In this document: positions 1 through 8,020 of the stretch, piece by piece
Layout of the letters: each line of letters opens with the position of its first letter
Numbering within the stretch: the stretch's first letter is position 1
Sequence record: NC_054908.1
Source: Escherichia phage vB_EcoM_DalCa
Length of the DNA: 64,000 nt
Direction: 5' to 3' (one strand)
Position numbers and translations under genes: made by a program
Notes under the pieces: model-generated
The model's database searches: none
Seen by the model: the letters and a program-made list of their open reading frames with translations, nothing else
Told to the model about the DNA's origin: nothing

Positions 1-186
1 ACCGTTTTGAATACATACGAACTTATCATCTGTTACAGTAAATGGCTTAGCTGCTTGATATCCCATTCTAAACTCCCTAATCAACAAATTTTTCATATCT
101 TCGGAACAACCATTCCAGTCAACTCTATCAACTGAAATGCCATCATCCCCATCATCTAAATCATACCAGCGAGTTTTTAAAATCAT
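1..186 (-). CDS. hypothetical protein, 5' part only (62 codons; gene runs off window start)
   Basis: ATG at 186-184 overlaps stop of next ORF (ATGA junction); open frame to position 1; no motif recognised. Confidence 0.45.
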   Translation of the reverse strand, partial: MILKTRWYDLDDGDDGISVDRVDWNGCSEDMKNLLIREFRMGYQAAKPFTVTDDKFVCIQNG

Positions 187-545
187 TTAATTTTCCTACA
201 ATCACTCACAAACTCTTCCATTGATTCTTTTTCAATATAAGACATATAGCTATTATATTCCTTTAATTGTATTTTGTAATCCTTTTTTCTTTGCCAATTT
301 ATTTTAAAATTATCATAATGAAAATATAACATGGTACCAAAGAATGAAAATAATGAAATCGCTATAGTAAAACGAAGTTCACTCCAAACCTCTGTTATAA
401 TTACTGTGCCGTCGATATTTAAAATAAAACAGTCAATTAACAATCCAATAAGACTACCCGCAAGAGCTGTAAATACTGATACAGCAAGAATTAATAGTGC
501 CTCAGGAAACGAATATTTGACTTTATTTAGTTTTGGCTTTTGCAT
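183..545 (-). CDS. small membrane protein (120 aa)
   Basis: hydrophobic helices ALLILAVSVFTALAGSLIGLLI and FTIAISLFSFFGTMLYF with basic C-terminal tail. Confidence 0.6.
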   Translation of the reverse strand: MQKPKLNKVKYSFPEALLILAVSVFTALAGSLIGLLIDCFILNIDGTVIITEVWSELRFTIAISLFSFFGTMLYFHYDNFKINWQRKKDYKIQLKEYNSYMSYIEKESMEEFVSDCRKIK

Positions 546-940
546 CGTGATTCCTTAACAAATTTCATAATTTCATCAAATTCATACATATCTAGCTTAA
601 GCTGGTGTTCCTTTTTAATCTTTTTACACTGAGCTTTCCAATCACGTACACGTTTACGATAATGTCTTCCTTGATACCAGTATCCTACCCAATTTACGGG
701 TACTAATAAAAGTGGAACTATTAATGGAAGAATTAGCATTAACACAAGTATTTCGCCAGAATCAATATCAGTCATAACATCTAAAACACCTCCAATAATC
801 AATAGAATTACAAATGATATGAGTATAACAGGACCTATTAACACATCAGTAGAAATTATCTGACGCTTTGGTTCATACTTCACAGGTTTACTTGGAAGGT
901 ATAGTGATGGTTTTGACATATTCTCTACATTCCTTAACAA
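527..940 (-). CDS. small membrane protein (137 aa), possible paralog of 183..545
   Basis: hydrophobic helices VLIGPVILISFVILLIIGGVL and ILVLMLILPLIVPLLLVPV; C-terminal tail resembles 183..545; start codon uncertain. Confidence 0.55.
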   Translation of the reverse strand: MLRNVENMSKPSLYLPSKPVKYEPKRQIISTDVLIGPVILISFVILLIIGGVLDVMTDIDSGEILVLMLILPLIVPLLLVPVNWVGYWYQGRHYRKRVRDWKAQCKKIKKEHQLKLDMYEFDEIMKFVKESRCKSQN

Positions 941-1502
941 ATTTTTCTAGTAATAAATCACTTTCAAAATTGGGATTTTCTACAAATTTATCAAAAAGAT
1001 CATCAACAATAGTTAAGATATTCTTTTTACTAAGAATACGTTTATTTTCATGCTTCGTTTCAGAATCAACTATAAGAGTAAAGAAATATTTCTTGCCCTG
1101 AAATTTTACAGTAGTATCAATATAAAATAAATTTGACTTTTGTAAATTACGTTTAAACCATGCGTCACTTAAACTATAAACACCGAGATAATCAAAATCG
1201 TCGTTTAAATAACAAACCGTCCATTCAGGAGAAATGAAATCAGTAAATTCAACATCAAAATCACACGTCAATGAATGAATTGATTCAATACTGTTAATGA
1301 GTATTCCAGGACGTATTAAAGACTTTTTACCTCTAGAAAATCTTCCGGAAAGGCTTTCATCAGTTTCATATGAAGACCCCCAATAGTAATTACGTCCTTC
1401 TGCCATGCGTTTAAGAGCATTTAGTAATTGGTCTGGAACATCAACCTGTCTTTGGAACTCTTCAAACATTGAATTGAAATCACTTTGCATTTTCATTTTC
1501 AT
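888..1502 (-). CDS. hypothetical protein (204 aa)
   Basis: long ORF preceded by GGAG/AGGA and an intercistronic hairpin; no motif recognised. Confidence 0.6.
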   Translation of the reverse strand: MKMKMQSDFNSMFEEFQRQVDVPDQLLNALKRMAEGRNYYWGSSYETDESLSGRFSRGKKSLIRPGILINSIESIHSLTCDFDVEFTDFISPEWTVCYLNDDFDYLGVYSLSDAWFKRNLQKSNLFYIDTTVKFQGKKYFFTLIVDSETKHENKRILSKKNILTIVDDLFDKFVENPNFESDLLLEKFVKECREYVKTITIPSK

Positions 1503-1543
1503 TCCTATTTACTCCAAGTATAAGGGGCCGAAGCCCCTTATCA

Positions 1544-2137
1544 TTATTTCAGAGAATTAATGTATTCCTGAACATCGGCAGAGGTAGTTTCAACCCCAGA
1601 AATATTACCGTTAAAGGTTTCAACTCGAGCAAGGGTATCTTCAATATCAACCTTAGTCAGTGCTGCAATTTCAACTACATCATCAGCAGTACTAATTCCA
1701 AGGGCATTTGCTGCACGAGTTTCACGGATATATTCCAATTTAACCGCAAGTTCTTGACGAGCATCATCTAACTCAACTACTTTCTTGGCGATTTCAATTC
1801 GCATTTCAGCATAACCGTCAGCCTTAGTAGTCAACTGCTCAGCTGTTCGACGATATAGTAAACCGAGTTTAGCATGCATTGTTACATCTTGGCCTTCGGA
1901 AAGAAGTTTACGAATTTCACGCTCTTTTGATTCGGCCTGTCGATTCTTTTCGATAACAAGTTCACGAATACGTTTTTCTTCGTTAATAGATTTAACAGAA
2001 GCAGTTTTTAGATCTTTAATTTTATCAAGTAGTTTTGCTGCTGCAGCAGTATACTGTTCTTCGACAGATAGATTTTTAGCCATAGCAGAACCAAGTTTAG
2101 TGCGAATAAACTCAACAATTTTCTTCAGTGTGTTCAT
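1544..2137 (-). CDS. coiled-coil protein of unknown function (197 aa)
   Basis: ORF with AAGGAAA RBS; charged heptad-like periodicity; N-terminus [10 protein letters not shown] has a weak I-x-E protease-site-like motif. Confidence 0.6.
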   Translation of the reverse strand: MNTLKKIVEFIRTKLGSAMAKNLSVEEQYTAAAAKLLDKIKDLKTASVKSINEEKRIRELVIEKNRQAESKEREIRKLLSEGQDVTMHAKLGLLYRRTAEQLTTKADGYAEMRIEIAKKVVELDDARQELAVKLEYIRETRAANALGISTADDVVEIAALTKVDIEDTLARVETFNGNISGVETTSADVQEYINSLK

Positions 2138-2208
2138 AGTATTTCCTTAGGTTAATTGAGATTTAAAATCCGTAGGAGTATAATACTCTATCGTCAAATT
2201 ATAGGCTC

Positions 2209-2238
2209 ATAATATCTCAATCATGAGCCTGCGTAAAC
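2209..2238 (-). promoter_or_regulatory. sigma70-type early promoter (-35 GTTTAC, -10 TATTAT)
   Basis: minus-strand GTTTAC at 2238-2233, 18-nt spacer, TATTAT at 2214-2209; upstream of ORF 1544..2137. Confidence 0.4.
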
Positions 2239-2502
2239 TTATTTCATATTATTGAAATATTCTTCTGCGATTTCGTCGTTATCATGGTAAACTTTAGAAG
2301 ACAGTTTAACATAACCTTCTGCTGTGAACATATTAATCACAACTTTTACAGTATACCACTGACCGTCTTCATTACCCATTACTGCGTAAGTTTCAAACAT
2401 CGGATGATCAGGACCGATAACTTTAATATCATTCACTGTACGACCGAAATCTTCTGAAACGCATTTCATAAAGAAGTTGAACAGTTCGCCGTAATTATCC
2501 AT
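2239..2502 (-). CDS. hypothetical protein (87 aa)
   Basis: ATG at 2502 preceded by GGAG and an early promoter; longer ORF-track start at 2622 would read through the promoter. Confidence 0.55.
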   Translation of the reverse strand: MDNYGELFNFFMKCVSEDFGRTVNDIKVIGPDHPMFETYAVMGNEDGQWYTVKVVINMFTAEGYVKLSSKVYHDNDEIAEEYFNNMK

Positions 2503-2545
2503 TTCATTCTCCAAGTTGTTTTCTGTATCAGTAGTTGATAGTTGT

Positions 2546-2575
2546 ATAGTACCATGGAAGAACAGAGATGTAAAC
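2546..2575 (-). promoter_or_regulatory. early promoter (-35 GTTTAC, -10 TACTAT)
   Basis: minus-strand GTTTAC 2575-2570, 18-nt spacer, TACTAT 2551-2546, then GGAG and ATG. Confidence 0.5.
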
Positions 2576-2731
2576 AGTTTTGTGAAAAAATTTTTAGGGA
2601 ATTCTAGGGCAGGGATGGGCAATTAAAGGATAGGATAATATATTATAAAGGGTATAAACTAAATGATGCCTAGAGAGGTCCAGAAAGGCCTAGATACCAA
2701 AAAGCCCTATCATTTAGATAGGGATTTAAAA

Positions 2732-3295
2732 TTATTTACCTAGTTTACTTATTATAGCTTCTGCAGCAGCTTTTAGCTTAGATGCAGTGTTAATACGATT
2801 TTTAATTTCAGTATACGCATCGCCAAGAACATCAAGGCTATCAGAATAAACACTTACACTATTGCGTTCGCTATTTGAAATAGAACCTTTAGTTTTGCGG
2901 TCAAAATCGGTGTACACGTCTTGAAGATCGCGGGCTGCCTTCTTTGCATCATCCAATGCATCAAGAGCTTTATTCAAAGCATTAACGTATTTTTTAGTGT
3001 CGAACATATTCTTAGAAATTTTAACAGGTGCGCGTTCAGGAGTAGCTAACACAGATTTAGGAACCTGAGCGCCAGATGCCAATTTCTTAGAAATTTTGAA
3101 AAATGCTTTATTGAATTTATTTTCTTGACTCATTGTAAAAGAACTATTATCGATGTTGTACATTTCAATAGCTTTAGCTTTCCACTTAAGAAAATCGCCG
3201 CGGTCTTTTGGGTCCAATTGGAAGAATACTTTAGTAAGATCTGCTTCAGATGGTAATTTTGCTGCTTCGGTTAAAAATTCGGCATAGGTTTTCAT
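2732..3295 (-). CDS. candidate capsid-packaged internal protein (187 aa) with CTS-like N-terminus
   Basis: N-terminus MKTYAEFLTE resembles T4 IPIII capsid-targeting sequence MKTYQEFIAE, with L-x-E at residues 8-10. Confidence 0.65.
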   Translation of the reverse strand: MKTYAEFLTEAAKLPSEADLTKVFFQLDPKDRGDFLKWKAKAIEMYNIDNSSFTMSQENKFNKAFFKISKKLASGAQVPKSVLATPERAPVKISKNMFDTKKYVNALNKALDALDDAKKAARDLQDVYTDFDRKTKGSISNSERNSVSVYSDSLDVLGDAYTEIKNRINTASKLKAAAEAIISKLGK

Positions 3296-3383
3296 TTAAA
3301 ATCCTTGAAATAATTTATCGGTTGGTTATTAATTATTTATTACTTTGTTACTATCCGTAACAGCGTTATCCGAGTGATTCAAA

Positions 3384-3412
3384 CTAAAAAGCCCCAACCT
3401 TTCGGTCGGGGC
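3384..3412 (-). terminator. intrinsic terminator hairpin with U-run
   Basis: minus-strand GCCCCGACC-GAAA-GGTTGGGGC followed by TTTTT; just after stop of ORF 3421..3894. Confidence 0.6.
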
Positions 3413-3420
3413 TAAGAATG

Positions 3421-3894
3421 TCATTTGATTTGTTTAGCAGACCAAATGCGGTCTTTAATAATTTTTTGGATGTCTTCAACATACTCAAGAGAGTGAACAT
3501 GTGGATTATCTTTGAAACTATAAGCACGGGCTAACTTTTGGCCTTCGGTTTTGATTACTAAAAGCTCTTTAAGGATAGCTTCATATTTAGCGATAATTCC
3601 TTTAACGATATTTTTTTCTTGTGCCGCTTTAGGATCTGCTTTAGGAGCAGGTTTACCCGAAGCCTTTGCAAAAGCAGCGCCAGTAGCAACTAAACTTTTC
3701 CAGGCCATACTAACTGCATTTCCCGTAAATCCTTCCGCTTTCATGTCGCGTGCAAACTGGAATCGCGATTCATCAGAAGCATCTTTATAGGAATATTTAC
3801 CCGCGGCAATGGCAGCTTTTGCAACAGCTTGAATTTCGGTGCTAGATGCTTCATTTAACACCGCTTCATTTAAAAATTGAGTATATGATTTCAT
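3421..3894 (-). CDS. candidate capsid-packaged internal protein (157 aa) with CTS-like N-terminus
   Basis: ATG at 3894 gives N-terminus MKSYTQFLNE (L-x-E at 8-10); ORF-track extension to 4071 reads through terminator and tRNA-like sequence. Confidence 0.65.
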   Translation of the reverse strand: MKSYTQFLNEAVLNEASSTEIQAVAKAAIAAGKYSYKDASDESRFQFARDMKAEGFTGNAVSMAWKSLVATGAAFAKASGKPAPKADPKAAQEKNIVKGIIAKYEAILKELLVIKTEGQKLARAYSFKDNPHVHSLEYVEDIQKIIKDRIWSAKQIK

Positions 3895-3932
3895 CTTATT
3901 TCCTGTTTTAATTTGTAGATTTAATATACTAA

Positions 3933-3940
3933 TATTTATA
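3933..3940 (-). promoter_or_regulatory. late promoter -10 element TATAAATA (minus strand)
   Basis: exact TATAAATA about 40 nt upstream of ATG 3894. Confidence 0.4.
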
Positions 3941-3969
3941 CCAAAAAGCCCCAACCTTTCGGTCGGGGC
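3941..3969 (-). terminator. intrinsic terminator hairpin, exact copy of the 3384..3412 hairpin
   Basis: same GCCCCGACC-GAAA-GGTTGGGGC stem-loop plus TTTTT. Confidence 0.6.
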
Positions 3970-4020
3970 TAAGCCTTGCGGCAACCTTGTCGGGGTTCCA
4001 CCTGCTAAGGCAAGTGTTTG

Positions 4021-4179
4021 TACGAAACGCCGGGATTCGAACCCGGTTATTAAGTAGTTGACGCTACTCAATATTTTTAAAAGGCCATATCTCGACCATA
4101 TCCGAACGTTCCGTCAAAAACGCTACTCGGCTTACGGCAAAGATATTTCCTCGAATCGATAATTCGGTGCGCCGTTTCT
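4021..4179 (-). ncRNA. candidate small stable RNA with tRNA-like T-arm and acceptor end
   Basis: minus-strand CCGGG-TTCGAAT-CCCGG T-arm then CGTTTCG; a complementary GAAACG lies about 150 nt upstream; no complete cloverleaf found by hand. Confidence 0.3.
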
Positions 4180-4277
4180 GCTGTGATAGTAAAGAGCCAG
4201 AACACAGTAAAACTGTGGGAGGAAACTATACTCCAGGGAACATCAGTCCGACGACTTACCGGTAGCGACCCGGTTTC

Positions 4278-4628
4278 TTAATATTCTTTTAAAGAATCAA
4301 TATATTCACGGCGTTTACGCCACAAATCAATTGCTTCATACGCGGATTCAGCATTTCGAATTAGCCTGCATTTATGTAAAGACTTATGATTTTGATATTG
4401 TGTAGATAACGGAATTGTATCTAAAAGGTCTTTACGATCAAAATATTCGTAACCATCTAAACCAAATGAACGATTTTTGAGAAATTGCCAATGACCATAT
4501 TCGTTTTCGACATAAACATAATCTGCATGCTGATAAAGCAAATTAATTACACGTTCAGAAATAACAGTATCATTATGATTAAAATAGAATGTTAAATCAT
4601 GAACTACTAAATAAACATTACCTTTCAT
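4278..4628 (-). CDS. hypothetical protein (116 aa)
   Basis: ORF immediately downstream of the tRNA array on the same strand. Confidence 0.6.
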   Translation of the reverse strand: MKGNVYLVVHDLTFYFNHNDTVISERVINLLYQHADYVYVENEYGHWQFLKNRSFGLDGYEYFDRKDLLDTIPLSTQYQNHKSLHKCRLIRNAESAYEAIDLWRKRREYIDSLKEY

Positions 4629-4646
4629 ATTTTCCTCACTTATAAT

Positions 4647-4722
4647 TGGTCGAGGCAGTAGGGATCGAACCTACGACCTAGGACTTAGAAGGTCCTTGCT
4701 CTTCCTTCTGAGCTATGCCCCG
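4647..4722 (-). tRNA. tRNA-Arg (anticodon UCU)
   Basis: manual cloverleaf: acceptor CGGGGCA/TGCCTCG, D-stem GCTC/GAGC, anticodon loop CTTCTAA, T-loop TTCGATC, CCA encoded. Confidence 0.85.
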
Positions 4723-4726
4723 TAAT

Positions 4727-4802
4727 TGGGGTGACCGATGGGAGTCGAACCCATGACTACGAGAATCACAATCTCGAGTTCTACCAACTGAACTACGGCC
4801 AC
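4727..4802 (-). tRNA. tRNA-His (anticodon GUG)
   Basis: acceptor GTGGCCG/CGGTCAC, anticodon loop TTGTGAT, T-loop TTCGACT, discriminator C, CCA encoded; no G at -1. Confidence 0.8.
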
Positions 4803-4916
4803 ATTAATACCTACTCCAACAATCAAGATGTCTTCACACGAAATTAAGAGAAGAGTGATCAGTTCAACCCCTATAATCGCGTCAAGTAGATATTAATGTG
4901 ACAGTTGTCACAAATT

Positions 4917-4991
4917 TGGCGGACGTGATAGGATTCGAACCTATAACCAATCGCTTAACAGGCGATCGCTCTGCCATTGAGCTACACATCC
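4917..4991 (-). tRNA. tRNA-Asn (anticodon GUU)
   Basis: acceptor GGATGTG/CACGTCC, anticodon loop CTGTTAA, T-loop TTCGAAT, CCA encoded. Confidence 0.8.
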
Positions 4992-4995
4992 AAAT

Positions 4996-5082
4996 TGGTG
5001 GGGAGTGGTGGAGTCGAACCACCCGAGTCGCAATGACAATGGATTTACAGTCCACACCGCTACCTCTACGGGATAACTCCCC
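4996..5082 (-). tRNA. tRNA-Tyr (anticodon GUA), long variable arm
   Basis: acceptor GGGGAGT/ACTCCCC, anticodon loop CTGTAAA, T-arm GGTGG-TTCGACT-CCACC, CCA encoded. Confidence 0.8.
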
Positions 5083-5091
5083 AAATTAATT

Positions 5092-5166
5092 TGGTGGCCC
5101 TGGGTGGAATTGAACCACCATCTGGCGATTATGAGTCGCTTGCTTGAACCTTCCAGCTACAGGGCC
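5092..5166 (-). tRNA. tRNA with CAU anticodon (Ile-lysidine type or elongator Met)
   Basis: acceptor GGCCCTG/CAGGGCC, anticodon loop CTCATAA, T-loop TTCAATT; occupies the tRNA-Ile position of the T4 array. Confidence 0.75.
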
Positions 5167-5167
5167 T

Positions 5168-5243
5168 TGGTGCTGATTGACGGAATCGAACCGCCGACCT
5201 TCTCATTACAAGTGAGTTGCTCTACCTACTGAGCTAAATCAGC
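5168..5243 (-). tRNA. tRNA-Thr (anticodon UGU)
   Basis: acceptor GCTGATT/AATCAGC, anticodon loop CTTGTAA, T-loop TTCGATT, CCA encoded. Confidence 0.85.
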
Positions 5244-5248
5244 AAAAC

Positions 5249-5338
5249 TGGCGGAGGCGATAGGATTTGAACCTATGAGTCGCCGGAGCGACTGCCGGTT
5301 TTCAAGACCGGTGCATTAAACCACTCTGCCACGCCTCC
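5249..5338 (-). tRNA. tRNA-Ser (anticodon UGA), long variable arm
   Basis: acceptor GGAGGCG/CGCCTCC, anticodon stem-loop CCGGT-CTTGAAA-ACCGG, T-loop TTCAAAT, CCA encoded. Confidence 0.85.
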
Positions 5339-5340
5339 AG

Positions 5341-5414
5341 TCTCCGTGGCAGGATTTGAACCTACGACATTCTACTCCCAAAGCAGACGCTCTACCAAAC
5401 TGAGCTACACGGAG
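5341..5414 (-). tRNA. tRNA-Pro (anticodon UGG), no encoded CCA
   Basis: acceptor CTCCGTG/CACGGAG, anticodon loop TTTGGGA, T-loop TTCAAAT; 2 nt from tRNA-Ser 5' end. Confidence 0.85.
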
Positions 5415-5424
5415 TAAATTAAAT

Positions 5425-5498
<74 letters not shown>

Positions 5499-5503
5499 AA
5501 ATT

Positions 5504-5590
5504 TGGTGCGAGAAGTGGGACTCGAACCCACAAGGAAATCATTCCGCAGCATTTTAAGTGCTGTGCCTTTACCAATTTGGCCATTCTCGC
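5504..5590 (-). tRNA. tRNA-Leu (anticodon UAA), long variable arm
   Basis: acceptor GCGAGAA/TTCTCGC, anticodon stem-loop CAGCA-CTTAAAA-TGCTG, T-loop TTCGAGT, CCA encoded. Confidence 0.85.
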
Positions 5591-5591
5591 G

Positions 5592-5664
5592 CTGGGAATA
5601 AAGGACTCGAACCTTTGCATCCTGGAATCAAAATCCAGTGCCTTACCAACTTGGCTAATTCCCA
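5592..5664 (-). tRNA. tRNA-Gln (anticodon UUG), no encoded CCA
   Basis: acceptor TGGGAAT/ATTCCCA, anticodon loop TTTTGAT, T-loop TTCGAGT; 1 nt from tRNA-Leu 5' end. Confidence 0.85.
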
Positions 5665-5761
5665 ATTATTAACAAAGGCTCTTAAGCAAGAACCCTTGAT
5701 GATAGAGGGTATTAATCAGTGCGATATGAGTTAATAATAACAAATAATTCTTAAAGCATAT

Positions 5762-6049
5762 TTACCATTTATAATAATACATATTTACGATGCATTCAAG
5801 ACCCAAAGGATTCTTGAAAATATCATATTCAAGAGGACCTTTTTCTGTTTCAATAAAGAAATCAAAATTTACTGTATTAAATTTACGTTCTTCCTTCACT
5901 AATTTAACTTGAGAAGATGAACGGTCAATGTAAACCTTTTCAACTTCAAAACATGTTAAAATGCCATAATCATCAATCAAAGCTTTAGCCGCGTCTTGAT
6001 CATATTTATATCCATTTTCAATGGATGATACTTTCGCATAAAGAATCAT
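5762..6049 (-). CDS. hypothetical protein (95 aa)
   Basis: ORF on early strand between tRNA array and ip cassettes. Confidence 0.55.
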   Translation of the reverse strand: MILYAKVSSIENGYKYDQDAAKALIDDYGILTCFEVEKVYIDRSSSQVKLVKEERKFNTVNFDFFIETEKGPLEYDIFKNPLGLECIVNMYYYKW

Positions 6050-6051
6050 TA

Positions 6052-6450
6052 TCAGCCTTCATCAACAATAGTGTGAGTATTAGCATTTACGATTTGCCAC
6101 CAATCAAAGCGATTAGAATCCATCGGTTTGTTTTCATTTTCTTTGATAATGTCACGGAGTTCATCTTCAGAGAATGCTTTAGCAATTAAATCGGTATACC
6201 CACCACGGGGATAATAATTATCACCTGCAAACAAAAGGAAATTTACCTTCCCGGAAGCAACATATGCTTCCTTAGGATACTTGTTTCCTGCGTGGTCAAC
6301 CACTTCAATATAACGGTAAGGAATATCGGTTCTTTCAACCCATTGCCATGCCGCCGCAGGGGAATCGAAAGCATCTACACCTAAACGATTATCTTCATCT
6401 TTAGACGGATTATTTTCGTAATCCGCATATACATAATATTCAACGTTCAT
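6052..6450 (-). CDS. hypothetical protein (132 aa)
   Basis: ORF tightly packed with neighbours; no motif recognised. Confidence 0.6.
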   Translation of the reverse strand: MNVEYYVYADYENNPSKDEDNRLGVDAFDSPAAAWQWVERTDIPYRYIEVVDHAGNKYPKEAYVASGKVNFLLFAGDNYYPRGGYTDLIAKAFSEDELRDIIKENENKPMDSNRFDWWQIVNANTHTIVDEG

Positions 6451-6635
6451 TATTCACCTTTAGAAATTTTATCCATAACAATAGCAATTAAACCAATTAA
6501 AAATGCTACTACAAGTGAAAAAACATTTTCTGCCGTAGTCAATAATCCGCATATAAATCCAACAAACATTGAAAAACTGAAAGCGGAAGCAGAAATTGCA
6601 ATAGCAACATTTCGAATTAATTCACAACGTTTCAT
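6450..6635 (-). CDS. small hydrophobic membrane protein (61 aa)
   Basis: two hydrophobic helices; ATG preceded by GAGGAG and an early promoter. Confidence 0.5.
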   Translation of the reverse strand: MKRCELIRNVAIAISASAFSFSMFVGFICGLLTTAENVFSLVVAFLIGLIAIVMDKISKGE

Positions 6636-6663
6636 TTTATTCTCCTCAGTAGTAGATAGGGTA

Positions 6664-6693
6664 ATAGTATCACTACCCTATCTAAAAGTAAAC
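6664..6693 (-). promoter_or_regulatory. early promoter (-35 GTTTAC, -10 TACTAT) overlapping an inverted repeat
   Basis: minus-strand GTTTAC 6693-6688, TACTAT 6669-6664; inverted repeat TAGATAGGG/CCCTATCTA spans the core. Confidence 0.55.
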
Positions 6694-6927
6694 TTATTTT
6701 TTACGAAAAATTGATTTATTTTCTGCTGCCCATTTTTCAATAACTGCAGCAGGACCAGTAACAACAATTTTATCACCGTAATCTTCTGCGGCGAGTTGAC
6801 CGAAATTATCTAATGCATCACGAAGAACTCCATGAGGCATTTCACCCATTTTATCTTTCTTGCCAGTGTAAATAAACTCAACTTTTACATCAGCAGTTTC
6901 AGCAATAAATTCTTGGTAAGTTTTCAT
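6694..6927 (-). CDS. internal protein (ip-family) with canonical capsid-targeting sequence
   Basis: N-terminus MKTYQEFIAE from ATG 6927 equals the T4 IPIII-type CTS with gp21 cleavage motif IAE; lies in the ip position upstream of 57B. Confidence 0.7.
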   Translation of the reverse strand: MKTYQEFIAETADVKVEFIYTGKKDKMGEMPHGVLRDALDNFGQLAAEDYGDKIVVTGPAAVIEKWAAENKSIFRKK

Positions 6928-6961
6928 TTTGATTTCCATTTGGTTTTGTTTTGATAGGGTA

Positions 6962-6991
6962 ATAGTATCACAACTAAAACCCTATGTAAAC
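6962..6991 (-). promoter_or_regulatory. early promoter (-35 GTTTAC, -10 TACTAT)
   Basis: GTTTAC 6991-6986 and TACTAT 6967-6962; part of a 30-bp block repeated at 7317-7346. Confidence 0.55.
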
Positions 6992-7003
6992 AACTTTGTG
7001 AAA

Positions 7004-7261
7004 TTATTTTAAATCTTCTAATCGTTTCTTCATCTTAGAACCATTTTTAGCAATTTCTCCTGCATCGGAGCATAATGCTAAAAGTGCTTTAACTTTAGTT
7101 TGGTCTCCTTTAAAAGATGAAGGATCGACCGCAGCAGCAAGTTCTTTAATACGAGAGAAAAGACGCTCAGCTTCAGCTAAAGCCATTCCAAGCTTTACTT
7201 CCATACCGTGGGAAGATTCAGTGATAGTAGTTTTTGTAGCAAACTCTTTGAAAGTTTTCAT
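7004..7261 (-). CDS. hypothetical small protein (85 aa), possible internal protein
   Basis: N-terminus MKTFKEFATKTTITE loosely CTS-like; flanked by the same promoter cassette as the ip gene. Confidence 0.55.
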   Translation of the reverse strand: MKTFKEFATKTTITESSHGMEVKLGMALAEAERLFSRIKELAAAVDPSSFKGDQTKVKALLALCSDAGEIAKNGSKMKKRLEDLK

Positions 7262-7292
7262 TTTTATTTTCCTAATTAATTTTGATGAGGTA

Positions 7293-7322
7293 ATAGTATC
7301 ACTACCTCATCAGTATGTAAAC
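7293..7322 (-). promoter_or_regulatory. early promoter (-35 GTTTAC, -10 TACTAT)
   Basis: GTTTAC 7322-7317 and TACTAT 7298-7293. Confidence 0.55.
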
Positions 7323-7334
7323 AACTTTGTGAAA

Positions 7335-8019
<685 letters not shown>

Positions 8020-8020
<1 letters not shown>

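Noticed and set aside
2161-2200. Second candidate promoter (TTGACG … TATACT) upstream of ORF 1544..2137
   Set aside because: Spacing between the -35-like and -10-like hexamers is only 7-10 nt, incompatible with a sigma70 promoter.
3895-4071. N-terminal extension of ORF 3421..4071
   Set aside because: The extension translates the terminator hairpin and tRNA-like element (LALAGGTPTRLPQGLAPTERLGLFG); the internal ATG at 3894 gives a CTS-type N-terminus.
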